From assembly GCA_017959745.1 (NCBI GenBank), contig JAGDAA010000178.1, forward strand, positions 1 through 49,739: a stretch of DNA of 49,739 nucleotides, read 5' to 3'. The notes under the pieces were generated by a model. The model had not been told where the DNA came from and did not search any database. It saw nothing but the letters and a program-made list of their open reading frames with translations. Shown here piece after piece: positions 15,919-24,275 of the stretch; the stretch's first letter is position 1; every line of letters begins with the position of its first letter. This DNA comes from Clostridia bacterium. GTDB taxonomy: Bacteria; Bacillota; Clostridia; Oscillospirales; SIG627. The translations under genes and the position numbers were made by a program.

Positions 15919-16779
15919 TTGATCACGAAGAACATCGGCGAAAAGCACGCCATGCCGTGCCGCGCCCAGGGAAAAGACGACGGCTCCCGCTCCATAGACA
16001 CGTATCGTATCTTCGACTCCTGCCGTCAGCAGGACTGCCTGGAGGATCTTCAGATCCTGCTCCCGGAAGACGGGCAGCGCATGGTGGATAACGCCGCGAC
16101 GGTGCGCGTCAAAAGCGTGCGCATCCCCTGGGCCGGGATCGAAACGGAGGAAATGTCCTTTCACCGGGGCTATTACCGGGTGAACGTCCGCTACTTTTTC
16201 CACTGTGTACTGGAATGCAGCAACGGGATCGGGACCGGGCAGGAAACGGCGGGGCTTGCCGTATACGACAGGAGCATTATGCTTTATGGCGGCACAAGCA
16301 GAGTCGCCTCCTTCCGCTCTGATTTGACCCGGGGCGGCATCCGCTCCTCCCAAGCCAGTCCGAACATCATTCTGGATGTGGCGGAGCCGGTCGCCCTGCG
16401 CTTGACCACGGTGGACTATGAAAGGAGCCGCGCCTTCGGCACCTGCTTCTGCGACTGCGCCAATCTGCCGGAGGAAATCACCAATGAATTCTCCGGCGGC
16501 TTTGCCGACGCGATCCCGGGCAACAAGGTCCTGTTCGTCACCTTAGGGCTGTTTTCCATGGTCCGGATCGAACGCCCCACGCAGATCATCGTTCCCGCCT
16601 GCGACAGCAGTATCCCCACCGGATGCGGGGACTATCAATTTGACGATACCGATCCCTGCACCTTATTCCGGTCCATGGAATTCCCCTTCTCGGAATTCTA
16701 CCCGGAAACATCGCCGGAAACTGAACGGGAACCGATACCGCCCGCGGAGAGCGAGCCGGAGGAAAGACGCGGCGAATAA
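15919..16779 (+). CDS. Hypothetical protein, no family recognised. No signal peptide, and the C-terminus is acidic and Pro-rich.
   Basis: 286-codon ORF. TTG 15919 follows GGGAGG by 8 nt, and ATG 15952 is the alternative start. Coding-like composition. It lies between a terminator and a promoter. Confidence 0.6.
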   Translation: MITKNIGEKHAMPCRAQGKDDGSRSIDTYRIFDSCRQQDCLEDLQILLPEDGQRMVDNAATVRVKSVRIPWAGIETEEMSFHRGYYRVNVRYFFHCVLECSNGIGTGQETAGLAVYDRSIMLYGGTSRVASFRSDLTRGGIRSSQASPNIILDVAEPVALRLTTVDYERSRAFGTCFCDCANLPEEITNEFSGGFADAIPGNKVLFVTLGLFSMVRIERPTQIIVPACDSSIPTGCGDYQFDDTDPCTLFRSMEFPFSEFYPETSPETEREPIPPAESEPEERRGE

Positions 16780-16805
16780 ACCCGCGTCCGGCGCGGATTT
16801 TCATC

Positions 16806-16834
16806 TTGACAAACAAAGCCGCACCGTTTATACT
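16806..16834 (+). promoter_or_regulatory. Sigma-A-type promoter for the small lipoprotein gene
   Basis: TTGACA (16806..16811), a 17-nt spacer, then TATACT (16829..16834). Confidence 0.6.
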
Positions 16835-16880
16835 GGTAGATGGTAAAAGATCTGTGACGTAGCAAAGAAAGGGTACGAAT

Positions 16881-17078
16881 ATGAAACGCCTCATCCCCAT
16901 CTTTTTGATCGCCTGCCTTTTGATCGTGTGCCTGGTTTCCTGCGGGAACAAAAACGAGGAAACGCAGACGGAGACCGCGGAGGTCGTAACAGCCAAGCCG
17001 CGTCCCACCACAACCGCGCCCATTACCGACGGCGTCAAGCCCGAAGATGAGGGATGGTCCTTCTGGGGCACCTATTGA
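16881..17078 (+). CDS. Small putative lipoprotein
   Basis: MKRLIPIFLIACLLIVCLVSCGN is a signal peptide with an LVSC lipobox. It is followed by a strong terminator. Confidence 0.6.
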   Translation: MKRLIPIFLIACLLIVCLVSCGNKNEETQTETAEVVTAKPRPTTTAPITDGVKPEDEGWSFWGTY

Positions 17079-17086
17079 TACAGGAT

Positions 17087-17131
17087 AAAAAAGAAAAGCG
17101 TTCCGCGTCGGTGGAACGCTTTTCTTTTTTT
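17087..17131. terminator. Bidirectional rho-independent terminator
   Basis: AGAAAAGCGTTCC, loop, GGAACGCTTTTCT (13-bp stem), flanked by an A-run and a T-run, between convergent genes. Confidence 0.8.
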
Positions 17132-17134
17132 ACG

Positions 17135-18703
17135 CTAAGAGCGAATGATGCGGACGACGGGGGGAACGCCTTCCCCTTCCCACTGGTTCTCTCCCCGGAC
17201 GCTTGCCACGCGGGCTTTGAATTTTTTGCACACGTCCCACAGATCCTCTTCTCCGTCGGGATAGTAGAACAAGATGCCCGGTTTTTCCCGTTGGAGCGCT
17301 TCCTTCACATCCGCTCCGGCGACGTACTGAACGGATTCCTCCCGGGACAAGACGAGCCGGCCGAATACCTCCAGGCGGACGTCGATCACGTCCTCCCGCA
17401 AGGTGAGTTGGGCGTCCGAAACGCCGCCCCACAATTCCACCTTTCCCTCTCCCTCGGGAACGTCGCTCACATCCGGCAGGTCGAACCGGATCTCCAGAGC
17501 GTCCTCCGCGGCGGAAACCGCACCGCTCTCAGTCACAGTCAAATATTTCAACTGCAGTTCCGCTTTGACGGTCAGCTTGCGCCCGTCCCGAAAGTTGTCC
17601 AGAAACCGGATGGCGGCGCGCACGTCCTCCGCGTGGGAAAAAGGCGTGTGTTTCAGGGGGAGCTCCGCGTGGATCTCCTTTGTAAAATCCCGGATGGCGG
17701 TATAAACGGACAGTGTTTCGTTCTTGGAGTGAATCTCCAGCTCATCCTTCACGGAATACAGATCCGTGATGAAGCTGATTTTTTCCCGGCGGTACAGGCG
17801 GATCTCCGCCGTATACAGAACCTCTATGGCAAGATCCTTGTTTTCCCCGCCCTCACTGAGCTCCACAGACGACTGAAAGGACGTTGGGATCAGGGCGACC
17901 TCGCACAGATCTCCCTCGGCGGCAAGTCCCGTGCCGATGCTCTTCTCAAACTCCAGGGGCTGGCAGAAGCTGACCACACCGCTTTCCCCCTCCGGCGCGT
18001 ACGCCGCGTTCACCGTCAGACGACCGGTAAACTGGACTGTCCCGTCCGATACCCGGACCCGGTCCGCAAACAGGGAAAAGGTCATATCCGTCATTTCCCG
18101 GATGGGCAGATAGGAGGCGGGCAGCGTCAAAATCTCCCGCAACTCCAGATCTTGCCGTACCACGCCAGCCAAAACCGTGGTTTCACGCGTTTCCGTTTTT
18201 ACTTCCACGTCCGGCGGTACTTGCCCGGACAGGCAGGCGATTTCCCGATTCCCACGCAGAGACAGGGACAACGCCACGTCACAGCGGAAGGATACCCGCC
18301 GCGGTCCCAGAAGGCGCGCGCTGAGGTTTTCCGTCATCCCCTCGCAGAGAGACGCGACCGACTCCTGATCGGGGATCCCGTCCGAAGAAAGGGGCGCGTG
18401 AAAGGTATAGAAAAAGGATTCCGTTGCCACGTAAGAACTGACGGTCTCTTCTCCGCCCTCCCCCTCCGGCTGATATAAGGCTCCGATGGAAAGCTCCCCT
18501 TCCACCTCACAGATCCACTCCTGTCCTTTTTGGTACAGGTTTTTCCCGGTGATCCTGGGGTCGGCGTCCACACGAAGCAGGCGTCTCGCCGCCTCCTTAT
18601 AGTCCGGCAGCGTCCATTCGCTCTCAACCCGGCAGGAAGCCTGTCCCGCCCACAGTTGTCCATAGCATTTTCCCACAATGCTTTCAAACGGTTCCATGCC
18701 CAT
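17135..18703 (-). CDS. DUF3794 / SPOCS-domain protein (SipL/SpoVID-related family of spore-coat assembly factors)
   Basis: The start region WTLPDYKEAARRLLRVDADPRITGK and repeated beta-rich modules match my recollection of DUF3794 (PF12673). ATG 18703 follows GGAAGGGAGAA. The longer ORF to 19021 overlaps sigK. Confidence 0.55.
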   Translation of the reverse strand: MGMEPFESIVGKCYGQLWAGQASCRVESEWTLPDYKEAARRLLRVDADPRITGKNLYQKGQEWICEVEGELSIGALYQPEGEGGEETVSSYVATESFFYTFHAPLSSDGIPDQESVASLCEGMTENLSARLLGPRRVSFRCDVALSLSLRGNREIACLSGQVPPDVEVKTETRETTVLAGVVRQDLELREILTLPASYLPIREMTDMTFSLFADRVRVSDGTVQFTGRLTVNAAYAPEGESGVVSFCQPLEFEKSIGTGLAAEGDLCEVALIPTSFQSSVELSEGGENKDLAIEVLYTAEIRLYRREKISFITDLYSVKDELEIHSKNETLSVYTAIRDFTKEIHAELPLKHTPFSHAEDVRAAIRFLDNFRDGRKLTVKAELQLKYLTVTESGAVSAAEDALEIRFDLPDVSDVPEGEGKVELWGGVSDAQLTLREDVIDVRLEVFGRLVLSREESVQYVAGADVKEALQREKPGILFYYPDGEEDLWDVCKKFKARVASVRGENQWEGEGVPPVVRIIRS

Positions 18704-18774
18704 ACGTTCTCCCTTCCAGGCGGCGAAAAGAACTCGGGCAAAACGCGTGCCCGGTCGCCGCCGTTCTGTTTCTA

Positions 18775-18803
18775 AACCTATGCGTTCCGGGCGTGAAATA
18801 TGA
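18775..18803 (-). promoter_or_regulatory. Sigma-E-like promoter motif upstream of the DUF3794 gene
   Basis: On the minus strand: TCATATT (18803..18797), a 14-nt spacer, then CATAGGTT (18782..18775), immediately after the sigK stop. Confidence 0.4.
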
Positions 18804-18804
18804 A

Positions 18805-19506
18805 CTATACGCCTTTTTCTCTTTCCGTCATATAGGCACGGATCTTTTGAAGCGCGCCTTTTTCCAGTCTGGAGACGTAGGAACGGGAAATGTGAAAGCG
18901 CCGGGCGAGAACGCTTTGGGTTACACCCGCGCCGCCGTCCAGTCCGTATCGCGCCCGGATGATGCTTCTTTCCCGGGGATCCAACACAGTATCCACCGCT
19001 TCCAACGCCGCTTTCACACAATCCCGGCGCCAGATCACTTCCACCACGTCGTCGTCCACCTTCAATACATCCAGGATCGTCAGGGCGTTTCCGTCTTTAT
19101 CCACCTCCAGGGATTCTCCCAGGCTGGTCTCACAAGCGTATTTTTTCTGCGATCTGAAGTACATGAGGATCTCATTCTGCACGCATTTCCCGGCGTAGGT
19201 CGCGAAGCGAGCCCCCTGGGAGACGTCGTAGGAATCAATGGCCTTGATCAGCCCGATGGTCCCGACGGAGATCAGATCCTCCTGAACGTCCGGGGCGGTA
19301 TCGAATTTTTTGATGATGTGCGCCACCAAGCGCAGGTTCCGTTCGATCAGCTGATCCCTGGCGGCACGATCCCCCTCTTTCAATCGCAGGAGCAAAGCCT
19401 CCTCTTCCTCCCTTTTCAGGGGCGGCGGAAAGGCGCTTTTGTTCATCACGCGCAGATACAAAAACGCGAAGCGAGACAGAGCGAATCTCAAAAAGTCAAG
19501 GAACAT
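18805..19506 (-). CDS. sigK: Sporulation sigma factor, most like pro-sigma-K (uninterrupted)
   Basis: Sigma-70 regions 2-4 are present (DLISVGTIGLIKAIDSY, ISRSYVSRLEK). The N-terminal pro-sequence followed by NKSAFPPPL and NLRLVAHIIKKF resembles B. subtilis SigK (NNAFPQPL, NLRLVAHIVKKF) more than SigE. Confidence 0.65.
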   Translation of the reverse strand: MFLDFLRFALSRFAFLYLRVMNKSAFPPPLKREEEEALLLRLKEGDRAARDQLIERNLRLVAHIIKKFDTAPDVQEDLISVGTIGLIKAIDSYDVSQGARFATYAGKCVQNEILMYFRSQKKYACETSLGESLEVDKDGNALTILDVLKVDDDVVEVIWRRDCVKAALEAVDTVLDPRERSIIRARYGLDGGAGVTQSVLARRFHISRSYVSRLEKGALQKIRAYMTEREKGV

Positions 19507-19669
19507 ATCTACCTCCGGTTTCCCTTTTTTCGGATAATTCAGTATATGCGTCCCCGCATTCCGTTTCCCGCATTTCTCTCAACATTTTTCAGCAAATCTA
19601 CCGTCAAATCTTGATTTTAGGATCGAAGACGTGTAGAATAGGGGAAAGTAAGTTGAAAAGAGATCCCGT

Positions 19670-20560
19670 ATGCTATACCCCATCATTGATGTCGGTTCCA
19701 ACACCGTCAAGCTCGCCGTGTTGGACGAGGAAAAGCTATTTAACGCGGCGCCTGTTTTTTTCAAAGCCGTTCCCCTGTGTCTCGGCGCTTCTCTGGTGGA
19801 CAATGCCATGCCCCGGGAAGCGGTCGACCGCCTTTGCGCCCTGATACGTGAATTCAAAGCCATTAGCGCCCGGCTGACAGCGATCCCCCCTATCGCGTTT
19901 GCCACCGCATCCCTGCGCGGCGTTTTGAACCGTGAAGAGGTTTGCGGAGAGGTCGCCAGGGAAACGGGCGTATCCCTGGAGATCATCTCCGGGGAAGACG
20001 AGGCATATTACAGCTTCCTGGGGGCGCTGGGAAACCGGACCAATCAGGCGGGCGTTACGGTGGACCTGGGCGGAGGCTCCACGGAGATCCTCGCCTTCCG
20101 GGACGCCTCCGTGCAGAGCAGCGTTTCATTGCCCATCGGATGCCTTTCCCTTTATAACGAGTTCTTTTCGGATGGAAAAAACGGGATGCCGGCCTGCCGC
20201 GACAAAATCCGGGAGCTGTTGAGGGACGCGCCGGCGCTGCCGGGAAACGCGATCCTGATCAGCGGCGGCAGCGCAAAAGCGCTTTTGAGCTATAAAAACC
20301 TTCTGGAAACAAAAAACAATATGCGCCTGTCCCGGCGGCAGATGGAACGTGTTTTGTGGCACTTCGAGCACGGCAGCGACGAGGACCACGAAAGGATCAA
20401 GGGGATCCTGAGGGAACGGTTCAGGCTGGTTCCGCCCGCTGTCGCCGTCTTTACTGAAATCCTTGCCTTTTACGGGAAAACCGAAGCGTTTGTTTGCCGG
20501 AGCGGCGTCCGGGAAGGCCGCCTCAAAGCCTTTCTCGCGGAAAAATCAAGAAAAGTTTAA
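19670..20560 (+). CDS. Ppx/GppA-family phosphatase (ASKHA fold)
   Basis: N-terminal IIDVGSNTVKLAV and DLGGGSTEI phosphate-binding motifs. Confidence 0.75.
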   Translation: MLYPIIDVGSNTVKLAVLDEEKLFNAAPVFFKAVPLCLGASLVDNAMPREAVDRLCALIREFKAISARLTAIPPIAFATASLRGVLNREEVCGEVARETGVSLEIISGEDEAYYSFLGALGNRTNQAGVTVDLGGGSTEILAFRDASVQSSVSLPIGCLSLYNEFFSDGKNGMPACRDKIRELLRDAPALPGNAILISGGSAKALLSYKNLLETKNNMRLSRRQMERVLWHFEHGSDEDHERIKGILRERFRLVPPAVAVFTEILAFYGKTEAFVCRSGVREGRLKAFLAEKSRKV

Positions 20561-20568
20561 AAAAACCC

Positions 20569-20597
20569 TTGCAATTTGTTTTTTGTCGTGGTATACT
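20569..20597 (+). promoter_or_regulatory. Sigma-A-type promoter for rplS
   Basis: TTGCAA (20569..20574), a 17-nt spacer, then TATACT (20592..20597). Confidence 0.65.
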
Positions 20598-20699
20598 CTC
20601 TCCGTTGCGGTATATAAACCAAGCGGTCCTCTGCCGGCTTCAGCACGAACGCTTGTATGTATACTTAAATAAATTCTTTTATTTAAGGAGGAGCTTGAT
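20598..20699 (+). promoter_or_regulatory. Structured 5' leader of rplS (possible L19 autoregulatory leader)
   Basis: About 100 nt lie between the -10 box and the start codon. CAAGCG...CGCTTG pairs, extended by GTATA/TATAC arms. The assignment to the Rfam L19_leader class is from memory only. Confidence 0.3.
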
Positions 20700-21041
20700 A
20701 TGGATATGATCAAAGCTTTCACAAACGAGCAGCTGAAAAGCGATCCGCCCAAGTTCAACATCGGTGACACCGTACGCGTTCATAATAAGATCGTGGAAGG
20801 CACCCGGGAGCGGACCCAGATTTACGAAGGCACTGTGATCGCCAAGAGAAACGGCGGCATTTCCGAAACCTTCACCGTCAGACGCATTTCTTACGGTGTG
20901 GGCGTGGAAAAGACCTTCCCGCTTCATTCTCCCCGCGTGGAGAAAGTGGAAGTCATCCGTACCGGTAAAGTTCGCAGAGCAAAGCTCTATTATCTGCGTG
21001 ACCGTGTCGGTAAAGCCGCTAAGGTTAAAGAAAAGATCTGA
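20700..21041 (+). CDS. rplS: 50S ribosomal protein L19
   Basis: [60 protein letters not shown] is diagnostic for L19. The RBS is AAGGAGGAG. Confidence 0.97.
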   Translation: MDMIKAFTNEQLKSDPPKFNIGDTVRVHNKIVEGTRERTQIYEGTVIAKRNGGISETFTVRRISYGVGVEKTFPLHSPRVEKVEVIRTGKVRRAKLYYLRDRVGKAAKVKEKI

Positions 21042-21106
21042 AGAGCCTATCCCGAACTGCAAAGTCGCTTTTGACAGCAGCTCATTCGGAGATTGACAAA
21101 CGCTGA

Positions 21107-21138
21107 AGGGGACTTTGAAGAAAGTCCCCTTTCTTGTT
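21107..21138 (+). terminator. Rho-independent terminator or attenuator between rplS and lepB
   Basis: AGGGGACTTT, loop GAAG, AAAGTCCCCT, then TTCTTGTT. It ends just before the lepB RBS. Confidence 0.65.
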
Positions 21139-21151
21139 GAAGGAGATTGCA

Positions 21152-22165
21152 ATGAACGAAAACGACCTTTCCACACCGGAAAAGGAAACACAGTACGCCG
21201 GACCGGAAGAGACTCCCTCTCCGGATAACGGTGAGACCGCGCCGGACAATACAGCGCAGTACGCCGAACCGGAAGAGGTCCCTTCGTTGGATAACAGTGA
21301 AACGGCGCCGGCGGGAGAAGAGAATCGCCCCGCGCGCAGAAGGCCCCTGCGGGCGCGCCGCACCTTATCGCACCCGGACGAAACCGAAAAGGCCGCTCAG
21401 GGTGAAAACGAGAGCAACGAGGTCTACCTGAACGCGTCCGCAGAGCCCATGCAGGACGAGCCCGACATCGCCGACATTTATCCGGACAAGGCGACGGGCG
21501 TGTTTGAGGATTCCCTTCCCCAAGCCGCTGATATCGCCGCCGAACTGGAAGAGGCGGAGCAGCGGGCGGCGCAGGCCCAGGAGGAGCCGGATCCGGACGG
21601 GGAGGAAAAGCTTCCCCCCAGCGTGGCGGTTTTTGACTGGATCAAATCCATCCTCCTGTCCTTCGCGGTGGTGATTTTCACCTTTACCGTCCTGTTCCGC
21701 GGGTCCACCGTGGTAGGCAGTTCCATGATGAATACGCTTCATAACGGCGAGCGGGTCATTATTTCCGACTTTCTGTATACCCCCCGGGGCGGCGATATCG
21801 TGGTGGTGCATACTCCCACCTACAAGAACGGGAAGGATTTTCTCATCAAGCGGGTGATCGCCGTGGGCGGGCAGACCGTCAAGATCAACTTCAACGCCTG
21901 GCAGATCTGGGTGGACGGCGTTCCCTTGGATGAGCCTTACGTCCTGAAACAGGACGCCCCTATGATTTCGGAAAGTTTGCAGGCGGATGACAACGGCGAA
22001 GTGACCTTCACCGTCAAAGAGGATCACGTGTTTGTAATGGGCGATAACCGAAACGACTCTCTGGACAGCCGCTCCGAGCAGATCGGACAGATCAATAAGC
22101 AGTATATTTTAGGAAAAGTCATATTGCGCTATCTGCCCTTCAACGCCTTCGGACCTGTATCATAA
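21152..22165 (+). CDS. lepB: Signal peptidase I with a long acidic N-terminal extension
   Basis: Catalytic Ser box GSSMMNTL, Lys box IKRVIAVGG and the GDNRNDSLDSR box. ATG 21152 lies 6 nt after AAGGAG. About 180 residues rich in Glu, Pro and Asp precede the TM segment. Confidence 0.85.
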   Translation: MNENDLSTPEKETQYAGPEETPSPDNGETAPDNTAQYAEPEEVPSLDNSETAPAGEENRPARRRPLRARRTLSHPDETEKAAQGENESNEVYLNASAEPMQDEPDIADIYPDKATGVFEDSLPQAADIAAELEEAEQRAAQAQEEPDPDGEEKLPPSVAVFDWIKSILLSFAVVIFTFTVLFRGSTVVGSSMMNTLHNGERVIISDFLYTPRGGDIVVVHTPTYKNGKDFLIKRVIAVGGQTVKINFNAWQIWVDGVPLDEPYVLKQDAPMISESLQADDNGEVTFTVKEDHVFVMGDNRNDSLDSRSEQIGQINKQYILGKVILRYLPFNAFGPVS

Positions 22166-23019
22166 TGTCTTTTCAACAGATTCAATGGTTTCCCGGACAT
22201 ATGGCGGTCACCCGCCGTTTGATCCGGGAAAACCTGACTGACGTGGACGTGGTGTTCGAGCTGCTTGACGCGCGGATCCCCCGGAGCAGCAGAAATCCGG
22301 AGATCCAAAAGCTTTTGAGCGGCAAGCCCTCCGTCATCTTATTGAACAAGGCGGATATGGCGGACCCTGATTTCACCCTGCGTTGGAAAAAAGCCTTAAC
22401 GTCGGAAAACACCCGCTGCGTCCCGGTGGACAGTAAAAAAGGAACAGGCCTCGACGACGCGGTTAACGCCGCCCGGGAGCTGCTCCGGGAAAAATGGGCG
22501 CAGTACGAGAAGAAGGGGATGAGCCGTCCCATTCGCGCTATGGTGGTGGGGATCCCCAACGTGGGAAAATCCACTTTGATCAACCGCCTTGCCGGGTCAA
22601 AAAAGGCGAAGGCGGAAAACCGCCCCGGGGTCACCAAGACCAAACAGTGGGTGAAGGCCGGAAATGACCTGGAGCTTCTGGATATGCCGGGGATCCTGTG
22701 GCCGAAATTCGAGGATGAGACCGTGGGGGAAAACCTCGCTATCACCGGCGCGATCCGGGATGAGATCCTGGATACCGCGGAGATCGCCGTGCTTTTGTGC
22801 AAGCGTCTGTCCGAAGGGTGGTCTTCCCTGCTCGCCCAACGCTATAAGCTCTCGGAGGATGATCTTTCCCGGGAGCCGTACGATCTGTTCCTCCTGATCG
22901 GAAAAAAGAGAGGAATGCTTCAAAGCGGCGGTGAGGTCAACGAGGACCGCTGCGCCAATATGCTGCTGGATGAATTTCGCGGCGGCGTGATCGGACGCAT
23001 TTCCCTGGAGGACGTATGA
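22165..23019 (+). CDS. rbgA: Ribosome biogenesis GTPase A (YlqF/RbgA), circularly permuted GTPase
   Basis: IQWFPGHMAVTRR start, NKADM (G4) lying before GIPNVGKST (G1), and DMPG. Confidence 0.92.
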   Translation: MSFQQIQWFPGHMAVTRRLIRENLTDVDVVFELLDARIPRSSRNPEIQKLLSGKPSVILLNKADMADPDFTLRWKKALTSENTRCVPVDSKKGTGLDDAVNAARELLREKWAQYEKKGMSRPIRAMVVGIPNVGKSTLINRLAGSKKAKAENRPGVTKTKQWVKAGNDLELLDMPGILWPKFEDETVGENLAITGAIRDEILDTAEIAVLLCKRLSEGWSSLLAQRYKLSEDDLSREPYDLFLLIGKKRGMLQSGGEVNEDRCANMLLDEFRGGVIGRISLEDV

Positions 23020-23615
23020 TGGACGACCGTCTTCAAAAAGAACTGACCCCCGCCGGCGCCCGCGCGGTATGCGGGCTGGACGAGGCGGGGCGCGGACCGC
23101 TTGCCGGTCCCGTCTTCGCCGGCGCCGTGATTTTGCCGGAGGGCATAATCCCCGAGGGGCTGAACGATTCCAAAAAGCTCAGCGAGAAAAAGCGGGACGC
23201 GCTATTTGACGAGATCTGCCGCATTGCCGTCGCCTGGAGCTTTGGCACGGCGACGCCGGAGGAGATCGACGAAATCAATATTTTGAACGCCAGTCTCCTC
23301 GCTATGCGCCGCGCCGTGGAAAAACTGTCCGTGAAGCCGGATTTTTTATTGATTGACGGGAATATCAACCGCGGCTTTTCCCTGCCCGCGAAAGCGGTCG
23401 TCAAAGGGGACAGCTGTATCCCCTGCATCGCCGCTGCCAGCATCATCGCCAAGGTGCTTCGGGACCGGCACTGCCTGGAGATGGACGCGGCGTATCCTAT
23501 GTACGGCTTTGCCGCGCACAAGGGGTATCCCACCAAGGCGCACTATGAAGCGTTGAGGCAATACGGTCCCTGCCCCCTGCACCGCGCCAGTTTTCTGAAA
23601 AAGAAACACGTTTGA
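23016..23615 (+). CDS. rnhB: Ribonuclease HII
   Basis: GLDEAGRGPLAGPV, DSKKLS and AASIIAKV motifs. ATGA overlap with rbgA. Confidence 0.93.
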   Translation: MMDDRLQKELTPAGARAVCGLDEAGRGPLAGPVFAGAVILPEGIIPEGLNDSKKLSEKKRDALFDEICRIAVAWSFGTATPEEIDEINILNASLLAMRRAVEKLSVKPDFLLIDGNINRGFSLPAKAVVKGDSCIPCIAAASIIAKVLRDRHCLEMDAAYPMYGFAAHKGYPTKAHYEALRQYGPCPLHRASFLKKKHV

Positions 23616-23616
23616 A

Positions 23617-23997
23617 ATGGATCGCCGCGATTTAGGACGCAAGGGCGAGTACCTTGCGAGACTGTACCTGGAGCAGAAGGGGCTGGAATTCATCCGCGCC
23701 AATTATCTGACGCCCCGGGGCGAGATCGACCTGATCATGCGGGAAAACGACGAGATCGTTTTCCTGGAGGTCAAGACACGGACGGTGGAATCCGCCCGGC
23801 GGTACGGGCGGGGTGCTCTGCGGATCGACAAAGGCAAACAGCGGTCTATGTACTATGCCGCCTCCCAGTTTATGCGGGAGGAAAAAAAGCTGGTCCGGGA
23901 TCTTGTGCCCCGTTTCGACGCCCTGGAGATCTACCTGGACGGGAAGGAACCGGAAAAGGTGCGTGTGCTTTATACCCCCTGCGCTTTCGGCATATAA
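23617..23997 (+). CDS. yraN: YraN-family (UPF0102) endonuclease-like protein
   Basis: GRKGEYLA..YL...G.......Y..PRGEIDLIMRENDEIVFLEVKTR is the family signature. Confidence 0.85.
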   Translation: MDRRDLGRKGEYLARLYLEQKGLEFIRANYLTPRGEIDLIMRENDEIVFLEVKTRTVESARRYGRGALRIDKGKQRSMYYAASQFMREEKKLVRDLVPRFDALEIYLDGKEPEKVRVLYTPCAFGI

Positions 23998-24020
23998 AAA
24001 AAGAGGGACAAGCGTCCCTC
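23994..24020 (-). terminator. Terminator for the DUF1540 gene
   Basis: GAGGGAC, loop AAGC, GTCCCTC. The preceding plus-strand A-run gives a U-tract on the minus strand. Confidence 0.6.
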
Positions 24021-24024
24021 CCGG

Positions 24025-24207
24025 TCAGCGGTCCTTGTTGCGAAAGGTCCCGCAGATCGTATCCGTCACTTTTTGGGCGTTGACGGGTCCGATGTGAACC
24101 GCCTTTGCCGTGCATTGATGGGAATCGTTGTGATAAACACAGCGATTGACGTTACAGGCGATCCCGTCAATGTGTTTTTCCTGATCCGAAAGAACGATGG
24201 GTTCCAT
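24025..24207 (-). CDS. Small Cys/His-rich protein, DUF1540-like
   Basis: 60 aa with CNVNRCVYHNDSHQCTAKAVHIG, the pattern I associate with DUF1540. The RBS is AAAGGAGGGG. Confidence 0.5.
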   Translation of the reverse strand: MEPIVLSDQEKHIDGIACNVNRCVYHNDSHQCTAKAVHIGPVNAQKVTDTICGTFRNKDR

Positions 24208-24235
24208 ACATGCCCCTCCTTTTGTGATCTGATAT

Positions 24236-24265
24236 TAGTATGGGATCAAACAGCTGAATTTATAC
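24236..24265 (-). promoter_or_regulatory. Forespore sigma-F/sigma-G-like promoter motif for the DUF1540 gene
   Basis: On the minus strand: GTATA (24265..24261), an 18-nt spacer, then CATACTA (24242..24236). My recollection of the sigma-G consensus is GnATA-N17/18-CATnnTA. Confidence 0.4.
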
Positions 24266-24275
24266 AGAGGTCCAC

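Noticed and set aside
17054-18478. A 474-aa plus-strand ORF opposite the DUF3794 gene
   Set aside because: It is antisense to a gene with a recognisable family signature, RBS and promoter motif. It starts inside the terminator hairpin, and its composition is non-protein-like (runs of R, G, P and Q).
18805-19506. Checked sigK for a skin-like intervening element or a split gene
   Set aside because: The ORF is continuous and encodes sigma regions 2 through 4 in one frame. There is no insertion.
19541-19548. A CATATACT -10-like box about 35 nt upstream of sigK on the minus strand, as a sigma-E/K promoter
   Set aside because: I could not find a matching -35 element (ATATT at N14, or AC at N16-17). 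With only half a motif, I did not report it as a feature.
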